Shown piece by piece: positions 25,805 to 42,400 of a stretch of 52,655 nt of DNA; within the stretch, counting starts at the first letter, position 1, and each line of letters opens with the position of its first letter. Both the position numbers and the translations under genes were made by a program. The stretch is from positions 1 through 52,655 of the forward strand of contig JAHBMJ010000252.1 of the NCBI GenBank assembly GCA_018398765.1. The letters run 5' to 3'. Source of the DNA: Chromera velia. Its lineage: Eukaryota. The notes under the pieces were generated by a model. That model was not told where the DNA came from, ran no database searches, and was given only the letters and a program-made list of their open reading frames with translations.

Positions 25805-29626
<3,822 letters not shown>

Positions 29627-30611
29627 TGACCTCGTCTAGCTCCGCGAAGTTGGAGTTTGGAAACTGCTGGAGGAAGAAAGGGTAGGGGGTACAAAGGGCT
29701 CTGCAGATGCGGTCTCTGCAGATCCCTCCGCATCATCATCTTCCTCTGCTGTGCCTTCCTCTTTTGTTGTCCTTGCTGTGCCTCCTATCGAGGGGGAGTC
29801 ACGTATTGTCCCCGAAGCTACTGAGTCTCAACCTGTTATTCCTTCAAACGCAGGTAGAGAGGAGCGGGCGGAGGATCATGGGGATCCTCTTGCTGCCGAG
29901 GGGGTATCTAATGATGGGAATGAGGTTGGGGGAGTTGAGCCACTGGGCCCTATTGCGGAGAATGTAGAGACGGATGAGAAGCCTCCATCTCTGGTGGTGT
30001 TTACGGAAGGGGACGGGTATGTCTCAGATGCCAGCTTATCAACGTTTAAGGCAAGCGGCCTGGGTTTCGGGAGCGACAGCAGCTCCTCGGATGAAGAGTG
30101 GGGTGTCCTGGGGGGTTGAAAACTTCCCAGGGCAGGAGAAGGACCCATCGTGAGGCAGAACCCGCCCAAGGAGGAGGTTAAGGAGATGAACAAGGTGGAT
30201 GAAGTTTTGCAGGGCCCACAGTGGGAGCGGTTTAACACCTTCTATGCGATGGAGGTTTTGAAGGAGGAGCAAGCAAGGAGAGTGCCCGAGGTGACGGGGA
30301 GGAACTGGAATGATGATTTCCGGGAGGAAAGAGGCATTCTATCGTTCGCTGGGGCGATGGCGTGGGAGAGGGAAGAGGGCAATCCCAGATAGGCTGGGAC
30401 GCCCAAGAGCCCCATCAGGAGTAGGTGGTACGGTCTTCCTCACCTGTCTTGTCTTTCCTCCAGGAACCCTCGATCAGGGTTCCTGTTCACGGGAGCTGCC
30501 GTGTACGAGGAAGAGATGAGCCGTTTCAAGAAGGGCTCTACCTAGGTCCCCGCCACAAAGGAGGAGATCGACTCGGGGTCTTACAAGCTCGCTGCCCTGA
30601 AGGAGTGGCTG

Positions 30612-31376
30612 GTGAACATTATAGGAAATCGGACGCTCGGCAGGAGGGTTAAGAGGAACGAGGTTCGGGCGGTCGTCGACATGGGCTGGCGATGCACTTG
30701 GAAAGAGATGGACGATAGGGGCCGGAAGCTTAAGGCGAGGTTTTTCGTAAAGGGCTTCCTGGACAGCCGACTCGTTGACACCTACGTCGGAACGCCTTCC
30801 ATCGCGGGGATCAACACCGTCTGCCTTTTCATTGTATCTACAGGAATGGAGATGGGGGCGGCGGATGTGACCGCTGCCTTCTTGACCTCTAAGGATCACA
30901 ACGCCGAATGGGTCAGTACGACACTGCCCTCTATGCTGCCTCGAGTCCCTGAGGAGAACCCCTTTAAGGACATCCCTGACGATAGGTACGAGGAGCTGAG
31001 GAGGATGGCGGCCCAGTACGAGTCCAGGGGCACGTACTTGGTAGAGATGGGCCTCTACAGACTGCCTTGTGCGGCCCAGCTTTTCGACCATAAGTTAGAA
31101 GGGGTGTGCAAGGAGTTGGGGTTCAAGCGTGTGGACACAGCCATCGCAGTTAAGGCTCCCCCTGAGGGAGGGAGAGCCCAAGCCATCGTCATGAATTGGA
31201 TAGACGATTTGCTGACTAAAGCCCCTCCGAAGGAGCACAAGGCCCTTCAGGAGACCCTCAACCAGAAGCTGGGCTTTGAGTCCATGTGTGTGATTGGGGA
31301 GGGATCAGAGAGGAAGTTCTCTGGAGTGGACATCTCCAGAGTCTCCACACTGTCAGGGGAGATCCACTTCTCCTAG
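30612..31376 (+). pseudogene. Copia-type reverse transcriptase, disrupted
   Basis: LKARFFVKGF (~KARLVAKGF), ADVTAAFL (~DVKTAFL), GLYRLPCAAQLF (~LYGLKQA), NWIDDLL (~YVDDLL). Stops at 31374, 31507, 31548 and 31581 break the RT-RNase H link. Confidence 0.88.
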
Positions 31377-31601
31377 GTTTCGTACCTCGACAACACAGAC
31401 ACCGCTCCTCTATGGGAGATTCTGAAGGAGAAACGTCCGAGCAAACCCTGGAAGGGTTTGGACAGCAAGAGTGCTGAGCCCTCCACCGAAGAGGAGGTCG
31501 ACAACTAGTATGAGAAGCCGATCCGTGCTGGAGTCGGGACTCTGCAGTAGGGGGTGAGGATGAATCCGCTCCGTACGGTGTAGGGCCACACGGTAGCGCA
31601 G

Positions 31602-32180
31602 TTGATTTCGAAGCCCTCCAGGCGCGTCTTCAAGACGGTCATGCGCATCATCGAGATGCTGAAGGGGCACCCTGACAAGCGGGTTTTCACGAGCGTGGGG
31701 CTTGTGCCCGTCGTGCACGCGTACTTTGACGCAGCGTTCAAGTTCGCGACTTACGCTGCACGGTTGGGTTATGTTGTGAGGATCCTGCACTCGATCGAGT
31801 TGCGAGGGGACCTGCGGTCCCTCCTGGAGAACTGGATCACGTGGGCCACCAAAAAGGCGGGAAGGAAGGTCGGGTCTTCCACCGCCGGGGAGGTGTTCGC
31901 CTTTGAGTTTCTTCTCAAGAAGCTCTTCGGCATCGTTACCCTCGTAAAGGCAATGTGGGGCCTCAAGAAGGTCCATGTGATCATCTACACGGACTCCGGC
32001 CCCCTCCACGACCAGTTCCAGTCTGGCAAGGCCCAGACCGATGCGACCATACAGGGCGTTTTGGAGTGGTACATTCAGGAGATGCGTGTCCTTGGGGCAG
32101 ATCTCCAGTGGATTGCACGATCAAGGAATGTGATGAACGTGATAACCAAGTACGCCCTCCCTGGTAGGGAGATGGCGTGA
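31602..32180 (+). pseudogene. Copia-type RNase H
   Basis: AYFDAAF (~YSDADW), SSTAGEVFA (~SSTEAEYVA), IYTDSGPL (~IYCDNQ) and NVMNVITK (~NLADILTK, acidic residue lost). Confidence 0.85.
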
Positions 32181-34919
32181 ATTCAGCGGCGCGGAACTTC
32201 TGGAGGGGAGGGGTGCGGGGCCTTTTCTTTCTCTCTTTTATGTCCTGTTTCTGTCGTCTGCTCTTTCCCGTCTATCGTCCCTTTGCAGGTAGGTGTATAG
32301 TACTACAAGATTTTATTTTTTGCTCAGGGTGGGGACGACTGGGGTTTAGGTTCGGGCATAAAAGGAGCTAGATAGGCCAGAGGTATTGTTTGTCCCTTTT
32401 ATCCGTTTCTCTCTCTCGTTAATCTGTTCTCCCAGATAGGCGACTAGATGGGGTGGTGACAAGAAAGAGGGGCAGGAGACAAGGGGTCTCCTGCTGGGTG
32501 GGCGTGGGCTCAGCCAGGCAGGAGAGCAAGAAAAGTTAGTCAGGAAAGCAAGAAAGCCAGAGGAGCGGGTCCTCTTCCGCTGCACCCTTCCGTACACCTC
32601 TGCAGCCATGCATGTTCAGTAGTTGTCTTGTTCTGTCTCGTCCTGTTTGTATTCGTGTTTTGTTTGTTTGTATTCCACACTCTGGCGTAGTTGGCGCATG
32701 TGTCTCTGCGTCACGGGCAAAGCATCCAATGCTCAGACAATGCATGAGGCCATGCAATAAGCGGGCCCAAATTTCATGTAAACCAAGCATTAATTTTTTT
32801 TGGAGGGGGGGCAGTTCGGGTGGAACGAACGAGCGTAGACCGTTAAGGTCAATTATGTGGGGTGTATGGGCGGGTGGATCCAACGTTCATGAGGAGGCAT
32901 TACCCTGTCTGTTTGCATCCATCGTCCTGCACTCCATGTTTGGTGCCCGTCTGCATAAGAGATCCATGTGCAGGAAACAGACGGGCTATTTATGTGATGA
33001 AGGTGAGTGCCCGAAGCACTTAAACAGTCCGATCCCTGTGCGCTTTCCTTCCTCCGTTTTGAGCAGAATGGGCCTGGCCAGACCAGTTAGACAGCCTGAG
33101 AGAACGCTGTCAGCTGGCATGAGGAGCATGAATAATTTTTTTTTCGCGTCCATTTATGACCTGGCTACGTATCTGTCTGCGATCCGTTGCGGTGATGGAG
33201 TTGGCGTACTGCCTGACCAACGCTTTGATCTGTACTTTCGTCTCACTCCCTGCAGGGCTTTGCATCACCCCCGAGTGAATCTATGGGAGAATGTAGATAG
33301 AAAGGGGGGAGGGTGCTCATAGGGAGCATCACGTCTGGCAGGTGGCAGCCTAGGCAGGGGGAAAGACCGCTGTGCGCACACTGAAACTTTTCGTCTCTTT
33401 GTCTCGTCTCTCTATACACAGCGCTTTAACAGAATTGCAAGGGCGTCCTACGTTCATGAATGAACTGTCCCGGTCGAACGTGTAACTGCCGTGCAAGAGA
33501 GACCTGATCCAAGTGCAGGGGGCATTTTGGGTGAGAATGAGAGCTCAGGTGTATTGTGGGCGTTTCTTTCCTCTGCCGGCATCTCATCCTACCTGAAGCC
33601 TGTCCTCCACTCTGGGAGGTCAGGTTAGGGGTGAGTGTAAGTCCGGGTGTGTTCGGTTTTGTTGGTCTGTATTTATAAAATCCTTTTCCCAGAAGGTCAG
33701 GGGAGTGCGTGGTGGCTCTCCTGTCATTTTTAATTGTTTCCGCAAGGCATGCGTGAAGGAGTAGGGGGTGTCTTGGGGGCACCTTCCTTGAAGTGCAGTT
33801 CGGTTTTGTATATTTGTTCTCTCTCCCTCTTTCTTCTTTGTTTGGATTTCCGTATGGCCCGGGGAAGCTCGTCGCATTATAGGGGCGTGCATGGTTGGTG
33901 AACGCTAGCCGGGTGTGGGCATCTTCGGGTTTTCCGTTTTAAATGCGTTTTCACAGATGGAAAGGAGCTGGGAGAGAAAGGCCTTCCCGTCCTGCCTAAG
34001 TAGGCAGAAACCTTTTGCAGTCGTGTTTTCCTTGAGCTGCCGGTTTGCGTTAGAGGGCCTAATCCATTGCCGACCCGAACTAGAGTAGGGTGGATATGGT
34101 ATGCAGAACATTTTCCCTTCCCTTTGTGGTGGTCGCGGGGCCATCCACACATACCGTGGGTACAAGTGCATGAAAGAAGGAAAAGAAGTACTGGGAGAGA
34201 AGGTGGTAAGGACTTTGTTTTTGACAGGCCTATTCTGGAAGATTGGCTCTCCTTGCCAGGGGGGCAGGGCATGCCGAAGCTGTCAAAGGCTCTTGGTTTC
34301 CAATGAACTGCATTTTGGTTTACATGAGGAATGCTTATGTTTAGTTTGTCTTTCTTTCTTTTATTTCTTTCGTACGTTCAGAGCAGGATCCGTCCGGAGC
34401 AGGAAGCATGGCAGGTAGCGCGGGCTCCTGCATGCTAGATGTCTTCGGTTCTCTGCGTGTAGGGCGGGGCTCTATCTGGAGGCAGATGGGCTGTGTGTCC
34501 TATGCATTCGGTAGCATAAGTAGGCATGGGCTCGGGGCTTGACAATGTGTTCTTCTGTGCTGTTCCTTTCGCGTTTCCCAGTATGGTTTCGCTTTTGTCC
34601 TGTTCGTCCAGCCCGGTCGGCTGGTATCCCTTTCCATGTTTGCCCTGCATACGCGTGAGCCCAGTATGCTCTCACTTGTTAAAGGATAATAAATGACGTC
34701 TGTAGAGGACGGCGCGTGAGAGTATGAGAAAAAGGAATGAGGAGAGAAGAGGTAAATGATACATGAGTAATTCTTTTGTGATTGAGCGTCAGGAAAAGAG
34801 GAAAAGGAAAATTGGGGAGCCGGGTGATTAAAGAAAGGTCTTTTCTCATGCTTCCCGATTCTCCTCGTCAGAGGGGGGTGTGTTGTGCTGCGTGCTCCAT
34901 AGTCTTTCCTCGGAGGCTT

Positions 34920-34928
34920 GGGAGGGGG
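34920..34928 (+). other. Polypurine tract
   Basis: GGGAGGGGG ends 2 nt upstream of the 3' LTR. Confidence 0.7.
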
Positions 34929-34930
34929 TA

Positions 34931-35679
34931 TATGAAAGAAAACGACGATCCCGTTCCTGGTCGGATTCGCGGAGGGTGAATTCCGGTCCCGGCCTTTCCA
35001 TTCGTCCCTTCGCCCCAAGCTAGAGAAAGGAGCGATGTGCACGCGGCCGCCCGTCCACACGGGGTGGCGGGGCGCCCGCAACAGAGGTGTGCATATTGTG
35101 AGTTCCATGGTATGGCCTGCATATACTTTGGCGTAAGAAATACACCTGAGGCACTCACCGTGGTGGTGTGTGCTCCAGGCCTTTATATAGGATTCAATTA
35201 GGCCGATGGTGCGGTTATGCCATCGGAGGCTTCAGAATTAATTCCGGTCCCGAATTAATTTCCAGACAGTCAGACAGACGTGCACGGCGGTTACCGTCCG
35301 TCTGAATGAAAGACTTGACCTAGGGACTGACAGAGCTTCATGTGTAGGATCTGTACTGTGCTCTATGTGTCTCTGTGGTTCTCTTGTGCTCTGAGTATTG
35401 CACAAGGCCACCAGCAGGAGCGTACTGTGGACTGTGGGGGTTCATAGATTTTCTGTCTGGTGAAAAGACTGATCAGATATTTATTTCTGATTATCTGTAT
35501 CGGTCTAGACAAGTACGTTAGGGTGACGTATTCGCTGTGGTCCTCTAATAGGAGAGGGCCAGGAATTCGGGAGTATAGCAGTTTGAGGAGTCCTCTGGAT
35601 AGGCTAGAGGATCGACACGGGAGGGCCCATAGGATTCCACTGGAGGAATCTCAAGAGAGGTGAGACTCTACTTTTCACT
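34931..35679 (+). repeat. 3' LTR (749 bp), TA...CT
   Basis: Matches the 5' LTR, with a 17-bp extra segment CTGTGGTCCTCTAATAG near 35535-35551 and about 27 substitutions by hand count. Confidence 0.92.
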
Positions 35680-36007
35680 GTTCTAACTGCTAGCAATTGT
35701 TCTTTAATTCACTAGACTTTGAATGTTACATACTTTTGAAGTCTTGTTCATGCTGCCAGCCTGAGTCTGTTGCGCAACTGCCAGTCTTGTTGACTGTTAT
35801 TAACCTTAATTGAAAAAATAATAATAAAAAAAATTTAAAAAAGATCTCGTCAGATCGCTTACGTTTTTACTAGCGTTTTTCATGTATTCTTTTCTTTTCG
35901 ACTTTAGCCGACGTCTAGCTGTAAATTTAATAGCTTAGAAACAAGTACAACTAGAAGTGAAGCTTTCTTATTAAAGTATTATTAAAGTTAAATCTCATAC
36001 AACACAA

Positions 36008-38767
36008 CTAAGTGTAGTAGTTCTGTACATCGATGCCGACTTCTTTAAGTTTAGAAGACAAATACTTCGACCGGCTATCGTCACTCTTCTTCTCATCCCC
36101 GGGCCACTCAAAATACGGTATGTTGACCACCTTGAAGCCCTGCAATTGCAGCAGCTGTCTCTTCAAAAAGGTTTGCCCCAGCTCACGGTCACGGGGCTCT
36201 CTGCAAAAGTGCGAAGGGCCATCCACCTCACAGACGACCTTCGATGACCTCTGTACAATGTCAACAGACAGACCGCCCACCACTGTTTCGCTCTCGTGCC
36301 CCCACCCCAACCTTCTCAACTGCCGAGATACCTGTTTGTGCAAATCAGAGCTCTGTGCGCTTTTGTACTCCTCTTCTGCAGCTTTTTGGGCAGCCTGCAG
36401 CAAAGACTCCGGCAGCGGAGTGCGTTGCCTATGTGGCTGTTTCAGTGAAAAGAAGAGAGAATACTGATGGATCTGGCGGAGGTGTTCTGCCTTGAGATCC
36501 AACTCATCAAAAAATGACAGTCGGTAAAGAATCGGGTTCTGTGAAACAACAGAGCTGTCCACAGCCTTGTCGTAGAGCCCAAGAGTGGCAAGCGACCACA
36601 GAGTGTTGGCCAGACCCTGCTCGTTGAAGTCGGCAGCTTTTTCCATCGCCTTCTCGCACAGTTCGTCCACCACAGCCTTATCGTAGTGACCGAAAGTGGC
36701 CAGCGCCCACAGGGTGTTGGACAACTCCTGCGCTTTGAACTGGGCAGCCTTTTTCATCGCCTTCTCGCACAGCTCATCAACCACAGCCTTGTCGTAGTAC
36801 CCAAGAGTGGCTAGCGACCACAGGGTGTTGGCCAGATCCTGCTCGTTGAAGTCGACAGCCTTTTTCATCGCCTCCTCGCACAGCTCATCCACCACAGCCT
36901 TATCGTAGTGACCGAAAGTGGCCAGCGACGACAGGGTGTTGGACAACTCCTGCGCTTTGAACTGAGCAGCCTTTTTCATCGCCTTCTCGCACAGCTCATC
37001 CACCACAGCCTTGTCGTAGTGCCCAAGCTTGGCTAGCGACCACAGGGTGTTGGCCAGGTCCTGCTCGTTGAACTGGGCAGCCTTTTCCATCGCCTTCTCG
37101 CACAGCTCATCCACCACAGCCTTCTCGTAGTGGTTAAGCTTGGCTAGCGACCACAAAGTGTTGGACAACTCCTGCTCGATGAAGTCGACAGCTTTTTCCA
37201 TCGCCTTCTCGCACAGCTCATCCACCACACGCTTGTCGTAGTGGTTAAGCTTGGCTAGCGCCCAGAGGGTGTTGGAGAGGTTCTGCGCTTTGAACTGGGC
37301 AGCCTTTTTCATCGCCTTCTCGCACAGCTCATCCACCACAGCCTTGTCGTAGTGTCCAAGAGTGGCTAGCGACCACAGGGTGTTGGAGAGGTTCTGCTCA
37401 TTGAAGTCGGGAGCTTTTTCCATCGCCTTCTCGCACAGCTCATCCACCACAGCCTTGTCGTAGTGGTTAAGCTTGGCTAGCGACCACAGCGTGTTGGAGA
37501 GGTTCTGCTCGTTGAACTGGGCAGCCTTTTTCATCGCCTTCGCGCACAGCTCATCCACCACAGCCTTGTCGTAGTGGTTAAGCTTGGCTAGCGCTCATAG
37601 GGTGTTGGAGAGGTTCTGCTCATTGAAGTCGACAGCCTTTTCCATCGCCTTCTCGCACAGCTCATCCACCATAGCCTTCTCGTAGTGGTTAAGCTTGGCT
37701 AGGGACCACAGGGTGTTGGACAACTCCTGCTCGTTGAAGTCGGCAGCCTTTTTCATCGCCTTCTCGCACAGCTCATCCACCACAGCCTTGTCGTAGTGGT
37801 TAAGCTTGCCTAGCGCCCAGAGGGTGTTGGAGAGGTCCTGCTCGTTGAACTGGGCAGCCTTTTTCATCGCCTTCTCGCACAGCTCATCCACCACAGCCTT
37901 GTCGTAGTGGTTAAGCTTGGCTAGCGCTCATAGGGTGTTGGAGAGGTTCTGCTCGTTGAAGTCGGCAGCCTTTTTCATCGCCTTCTCGCACAGCTCATCC
38001 ACCACAGCCTTCTTGTAGTGGTTAAGCTTGGCTAGCGACCACAGGGTGTTGGCCAACTCCTGCTCGTTGAAGTCGGCAGCCTTTTTCATCGCCTTCTCGG
38101 ACAGCTCATCCACCACACGCTTGTCGCAGTGAGTCAACTTAGCAAGCGACCACAGGGTGTTGGAGAGGTTCTGCCTCGTGCGTCAAGCTTGGAGGCTGTT
38201 TTTAGGCACTGACGACACAGCGCGTCTAAAGTCTCCCGGTCGGACCTACCGACGGAGGCCATGCAGTGCAGGACTGTGAAAACCTCTCCGGCGCGCACTC
38301 CCGACACCCTCTGCCGCACAGCTGCCAACAACGCGCTCCACAGAGGCCAGTCCCTCCATCGGAGCTTCCTGCAGGCCACGCAGAGTCGGACCAGGCTCAT
38401 CCCGTTGAGGCGGGGCGCTACTTGAGCGATGGAGGCGACAAGACCGTCGCTGCTGCATCTGTGGTTTGCCGAGGCCAAACTCCTGTACGGCCTCAACCAC
38501 AGCGTTGGGGGAGGGGTCGCGGTCAAGAATGACATCCCTCAAAGCCTTGGTTGTCCTCCCTCCTACTTTTCTCCGCTTCCTCTGATGGAGCAAATGCTTC
38601 TGCTCAGGTGTGTGGGGACGTGGTTGTGAAGCACCTTTCAAGGTCGCGTGCAAGTCCGTAGAAGGCGTGACGCAGTCAAACGAAATTCGACGAAAAAATG
38701 GCCGCTGGCACACATGAACGACTGACAGAAAGCCTAAGACCTGCCAACCCAGCCAGAAAACGATCAT
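36008..38767 (-). pseudogene. Heptatricopeptide (37-aa) repeat + RAP-domain RNA-binding protein, apparently intronless and disrupted
   Basis: About 15 tandem 111-bp units (FNEQNLSNTLWSLAKLNHYDKAVVDELCEKAMKKAAQ). C-terminal RAP signature SVDIV..VCEVDGPSHF..TFLKRQLLQLQGFKVVNIPYFEW. TGA replaces the conserved Trp codon at 37928 and 37595; apparent frameshifts near 38450 and 38175. Hydrophobic leader from ATG 38767. Confidence 0.85.
36560..38175 (-). repeat. 111-bp coding tandem repeat array, about 14.5 units
   Basis: Near-identical nucleotide units recur every 111 bp. Confidence 0.95.
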
Positions 38768-39489
38768 TGGCACAGAGACAGGGGCCGTCTGCGGCACGAA
38801 GGTTCAGAGAAAAGGAGCGCTTCTAGGAGGCGGGGAGAGATTGCCACCTGCTCTGTTCTCTGATCAAGCCGTTATGTCGATATACCTCTCTTCGTACGTG
38901 AAGAATGGAATCACGGAAAATTACGTATAAATATATGCAGGGCCGTTATGTCGTGCTTCAGTGCTCTTGAGTAACTGGAACTCCTCCGCCCTCGACGGTC
39001 GTTTGGACAAATGGTCGAAGTTCACGGAGACGGCAAAAGCGTGTACATAGCTCGGTCATACTCATCCATGCAGTGACATTGCATGCAGTCAGTTTTTACA
39101 TGCATGTTTTTACGCCGCGGGATTATATATTTTCAAAGAGATGTGCATGCAACATGCATGATTCACTATATACTGCGCTCCTTTCAAGCGTTGCAACACA
39201 CGGCAGTTGGCAGCTTTCAAACGAAGCTTTGTTGACATTTCATTCTTTTTGAATGACCTGGATTTCCTTGGCCGCGTCCCCTCTTCGATTCACCTGGCAC
39301 GGATGGCATGAACTCGAACAAACAACACTCTTGACGCAAAAGAGTGTGCATGCGTTTCAACGTGTCTCTGTAAACATGTGTGCATACACATGAGCTTGCC
39401 AACTTAGCGTTACACTCCCTGTCCAGGTGTTGATTCCAATCTCGATCTCATCTGCTTGCTCCTGTTGCTACGTTTCAGAGTTGAGAGAA

Positions 39490-42400
39490 ATGCAGGCCTC
39501 TAAAAGCCAACCGGGCAAGAGCCCAAAGACACAAAAGCCCAAGACAGTGCTCCGAAGCGTTACAGATATGAGTCCGGGTCCCTCTCTGAGTGAAAGCACT
39601 CGACCGCCCTCTCTTTCGGCGTCTGCCCGCAGTTTTGCTCTGCAGACAAAGAAGTACGGCAAGGACAAGGCCAAACCGCGCGGGGTCGCAGAGAAACTTG
39701 GAATGAGTGCTTCCAAGTCCCCTTCCCAAGCAGCAAATTCCAGAGCATCGTCCATTAGTCCAGCCCCCCCTTCCCGTGGGTCTCCTCCCTTTACCTCCCC
39801 CCGCAAGATGGGTCTAGTAGAGGCGTCCCCCCGGTCTGCCGATCCGAGTAGACGGAGTGTAAAGAGAGGTTGGACGAGAACAACAGGCAGTCGAGGCAGT
39901 GAAGCTACACCGTTTGTGTTTCTGGAGGAGGACGGGACAAGCAAGGGGGGCGATGAGGGTGCTGTTGAGCCTGTGAAAGCAGAGGAAGAGGAAGAGAGGG
40001 GGGAGGAGAGAGAGGAAGAAGAAGAGGAAGAGGAAGAGCAAGAAGAGGAAGATGCGAAAGAAGAGAGCTGTTGGGAAGAAGAGAGCAAGGAAGAAGGAGA
40101 AGCAGCAGAGGAGGAGGGAGGTTCAGAAGGAATTGATGCTGGCGGTCCTCTTGAGAAGGGGGGGGTAGAGCAGGAAGACAGTTCAGGGATGCTTCTAGAG
40201 GAGGGAGAGGAGGAGGGAGAGGATTTAGATCAGACTGCAGGTGTGGGTGTGGGAGAACAGGACGTTGAAGAGAAGGGTGAGGAGGAGGAGGAAGAAGGAG
40301 ACGTTTTCCAGACTTGTTTATCTGGCATGAATGGCTCAGGAGCTCCATCCCCATCGTCTCTGTTGAGTTGCTCAGGGCAGAAAAAGAAGGAATTGAGCAG
40401 ACGGAGTCCTTCAAATCCCCCCGAAAATTCGTCCTCTCATGCAGTTCCAATCGATCCCCATGAGAATGGAGGCATCTGCATGGACCTCGACTGTGTCATT
40501 TGTGGTCCTCCTCTCCTTCCACTTCATGCGGATAATGCGTCTTCAAGTTGCAACAACGAAAACAGCAGCAGAGACAAAACCACAAGCAGATGCATGAGTC
40601 CTGATGGAAAACTGAAAGCACACAGCGCATCCCCACCTTCACCCGTCTACGCAACAACGCACCCCCAGGAGCAACGAGGGTCCTCACGTCTCGAGGCGGC
40701 GGCAGTGTCTGACGCTTCCCCCCTGTCTCTTCATCAGCAGGTAACACAATCTTGCGTGTGCATCTTTATGCCGTTTCTTCTCCTCTCTCTTTTTTCATTT
40801 CGAATACTTTTGAACGAGAATTCTAAATTGACGGGTTTTCGATTGGCTGACTAATCAAGATGAGGCATGCATTCACTCCGATTTCCCTAATCTTTTGCCT
40901 GAATCGCTCTCTTGCACGCCTCCCGTCTGCCCCCTCCCTTCCCTCCTCTCTGCAGGCTGCAGACCCCTCTTGCCACGCCTCCCCCCTTCCGCCAAGCGCC
41001 ACTCACCCGCTGCTCTCCGACCGCGCACTCGACCCTTCCCTGTCTGCCCTGCCATCCTCGAGTCCTCTCGCCCCGTCTCCACTCACACAGCAAAGAGCGC
41101 ACTCTCCAGCAGGCACCCAGCATCATCACAGAGAAGGAGGGGAAAGGGAGGAGAACGAAGAGAACGAAGAAGAAGGACAGACGAAGGAAGAGAGACGAGA
41201 CACGAATTTGGAGGCTCTCCTCAAACAATTCGAGTCAGAGTCCAAACAACAAAAAAGCACACCCGCTCCTCCAGACAGGATTTCGAGGTCTGTCTCTCAG
41301 AGAAATCCTGCGACCTCAGGCCTCAGTCAGAACGCACTACTACTTGGAAGTGCGTGGAGAGACACCCCGATCGCTCGGAGAGATCGGGATAGGCCCACTT
41401 CCTCCTCCTCGTCTGTCTCGAGACCGGGAAGAGTCGTGGGCCCGACTGTTGAGGGATCTCGCAAAGCCTTTGAGGACGAAGAAACCCGGCCTGAGATTTT
41501 GCAGAGACGGGTCAAGGCGCTGAGGTTTGAGCTTGACTGCAGGGAGCAGACATCGGAGAGGCTGCGGAAGGTCTGTATGCTGCATGATCGAGCACCTCAA
41601 AGGCTTCCTTCCAGTAGTGGAAGTAAAGAATGAGTGCATGTTGTCAAGTGTGGAGGATTCCAATCCTAAAGAGTAAATGGGGGTACAGGGAAGAAGGGAT
41701 GAAGAGAATCCTTCCGCGTCTACCCCCTTCGGCAAGAACAGACACAAATTTAGAGGTCATCGCGTCCAAGAAAAAGATGTCGTTCTCCCTACCGACAAAT
41801 TACAGACAGTGCCGATGAATCACTCTCCCTCCCTCCCCCCTCTCTCTCCCTCCCCAAAATGCAGGTCCTCCAGCAAGCACGGGAAAGAGAGGCGACTGCC
41901 CTCAAAGAAGCCACGGCTGCTTCGTTGAAGGCTGGGGAGAGAGATAAGGTACGAGGGTCGCCCGAATGTTTTGTTGATTGTTTGAACACTTCCCTGAGTC
42001 TTCTGGTGAATGTTTCTTTCTCAAGGGTAAATCTGGACAGAGGTGGATTAGTTATCAAAGATGTCTTCTGAGTGCACTCCGAAAAAGAGGTCGAGACCGA
42101 ATTCGAAATTCCAGTCGCTTGAAGGGATCTTTAGTCCCCTTGTGTCCCTCTCAGTCCGGATGATCACGCTTTCCCCTTCTGCTGTCTGCTGACGTCATAT
42201 ATACTGTGGGCGCTTCCCTCAGCTCGCAGTGCTTTTCAGCTCCCCCTCCCTTAATTCTCCTTTCTTCTTCGCACCTGCAGGTACTGAAGGCAATGGACGC
42301 TGTGCGACAAGAGAACTCTGCACTGAAGAGGCGGTCGGTCGGTCTTTCTCCTTTTCTCTGTAGATACGAATGATGAAAGCTACAGCTTCCCTCCCATCTC

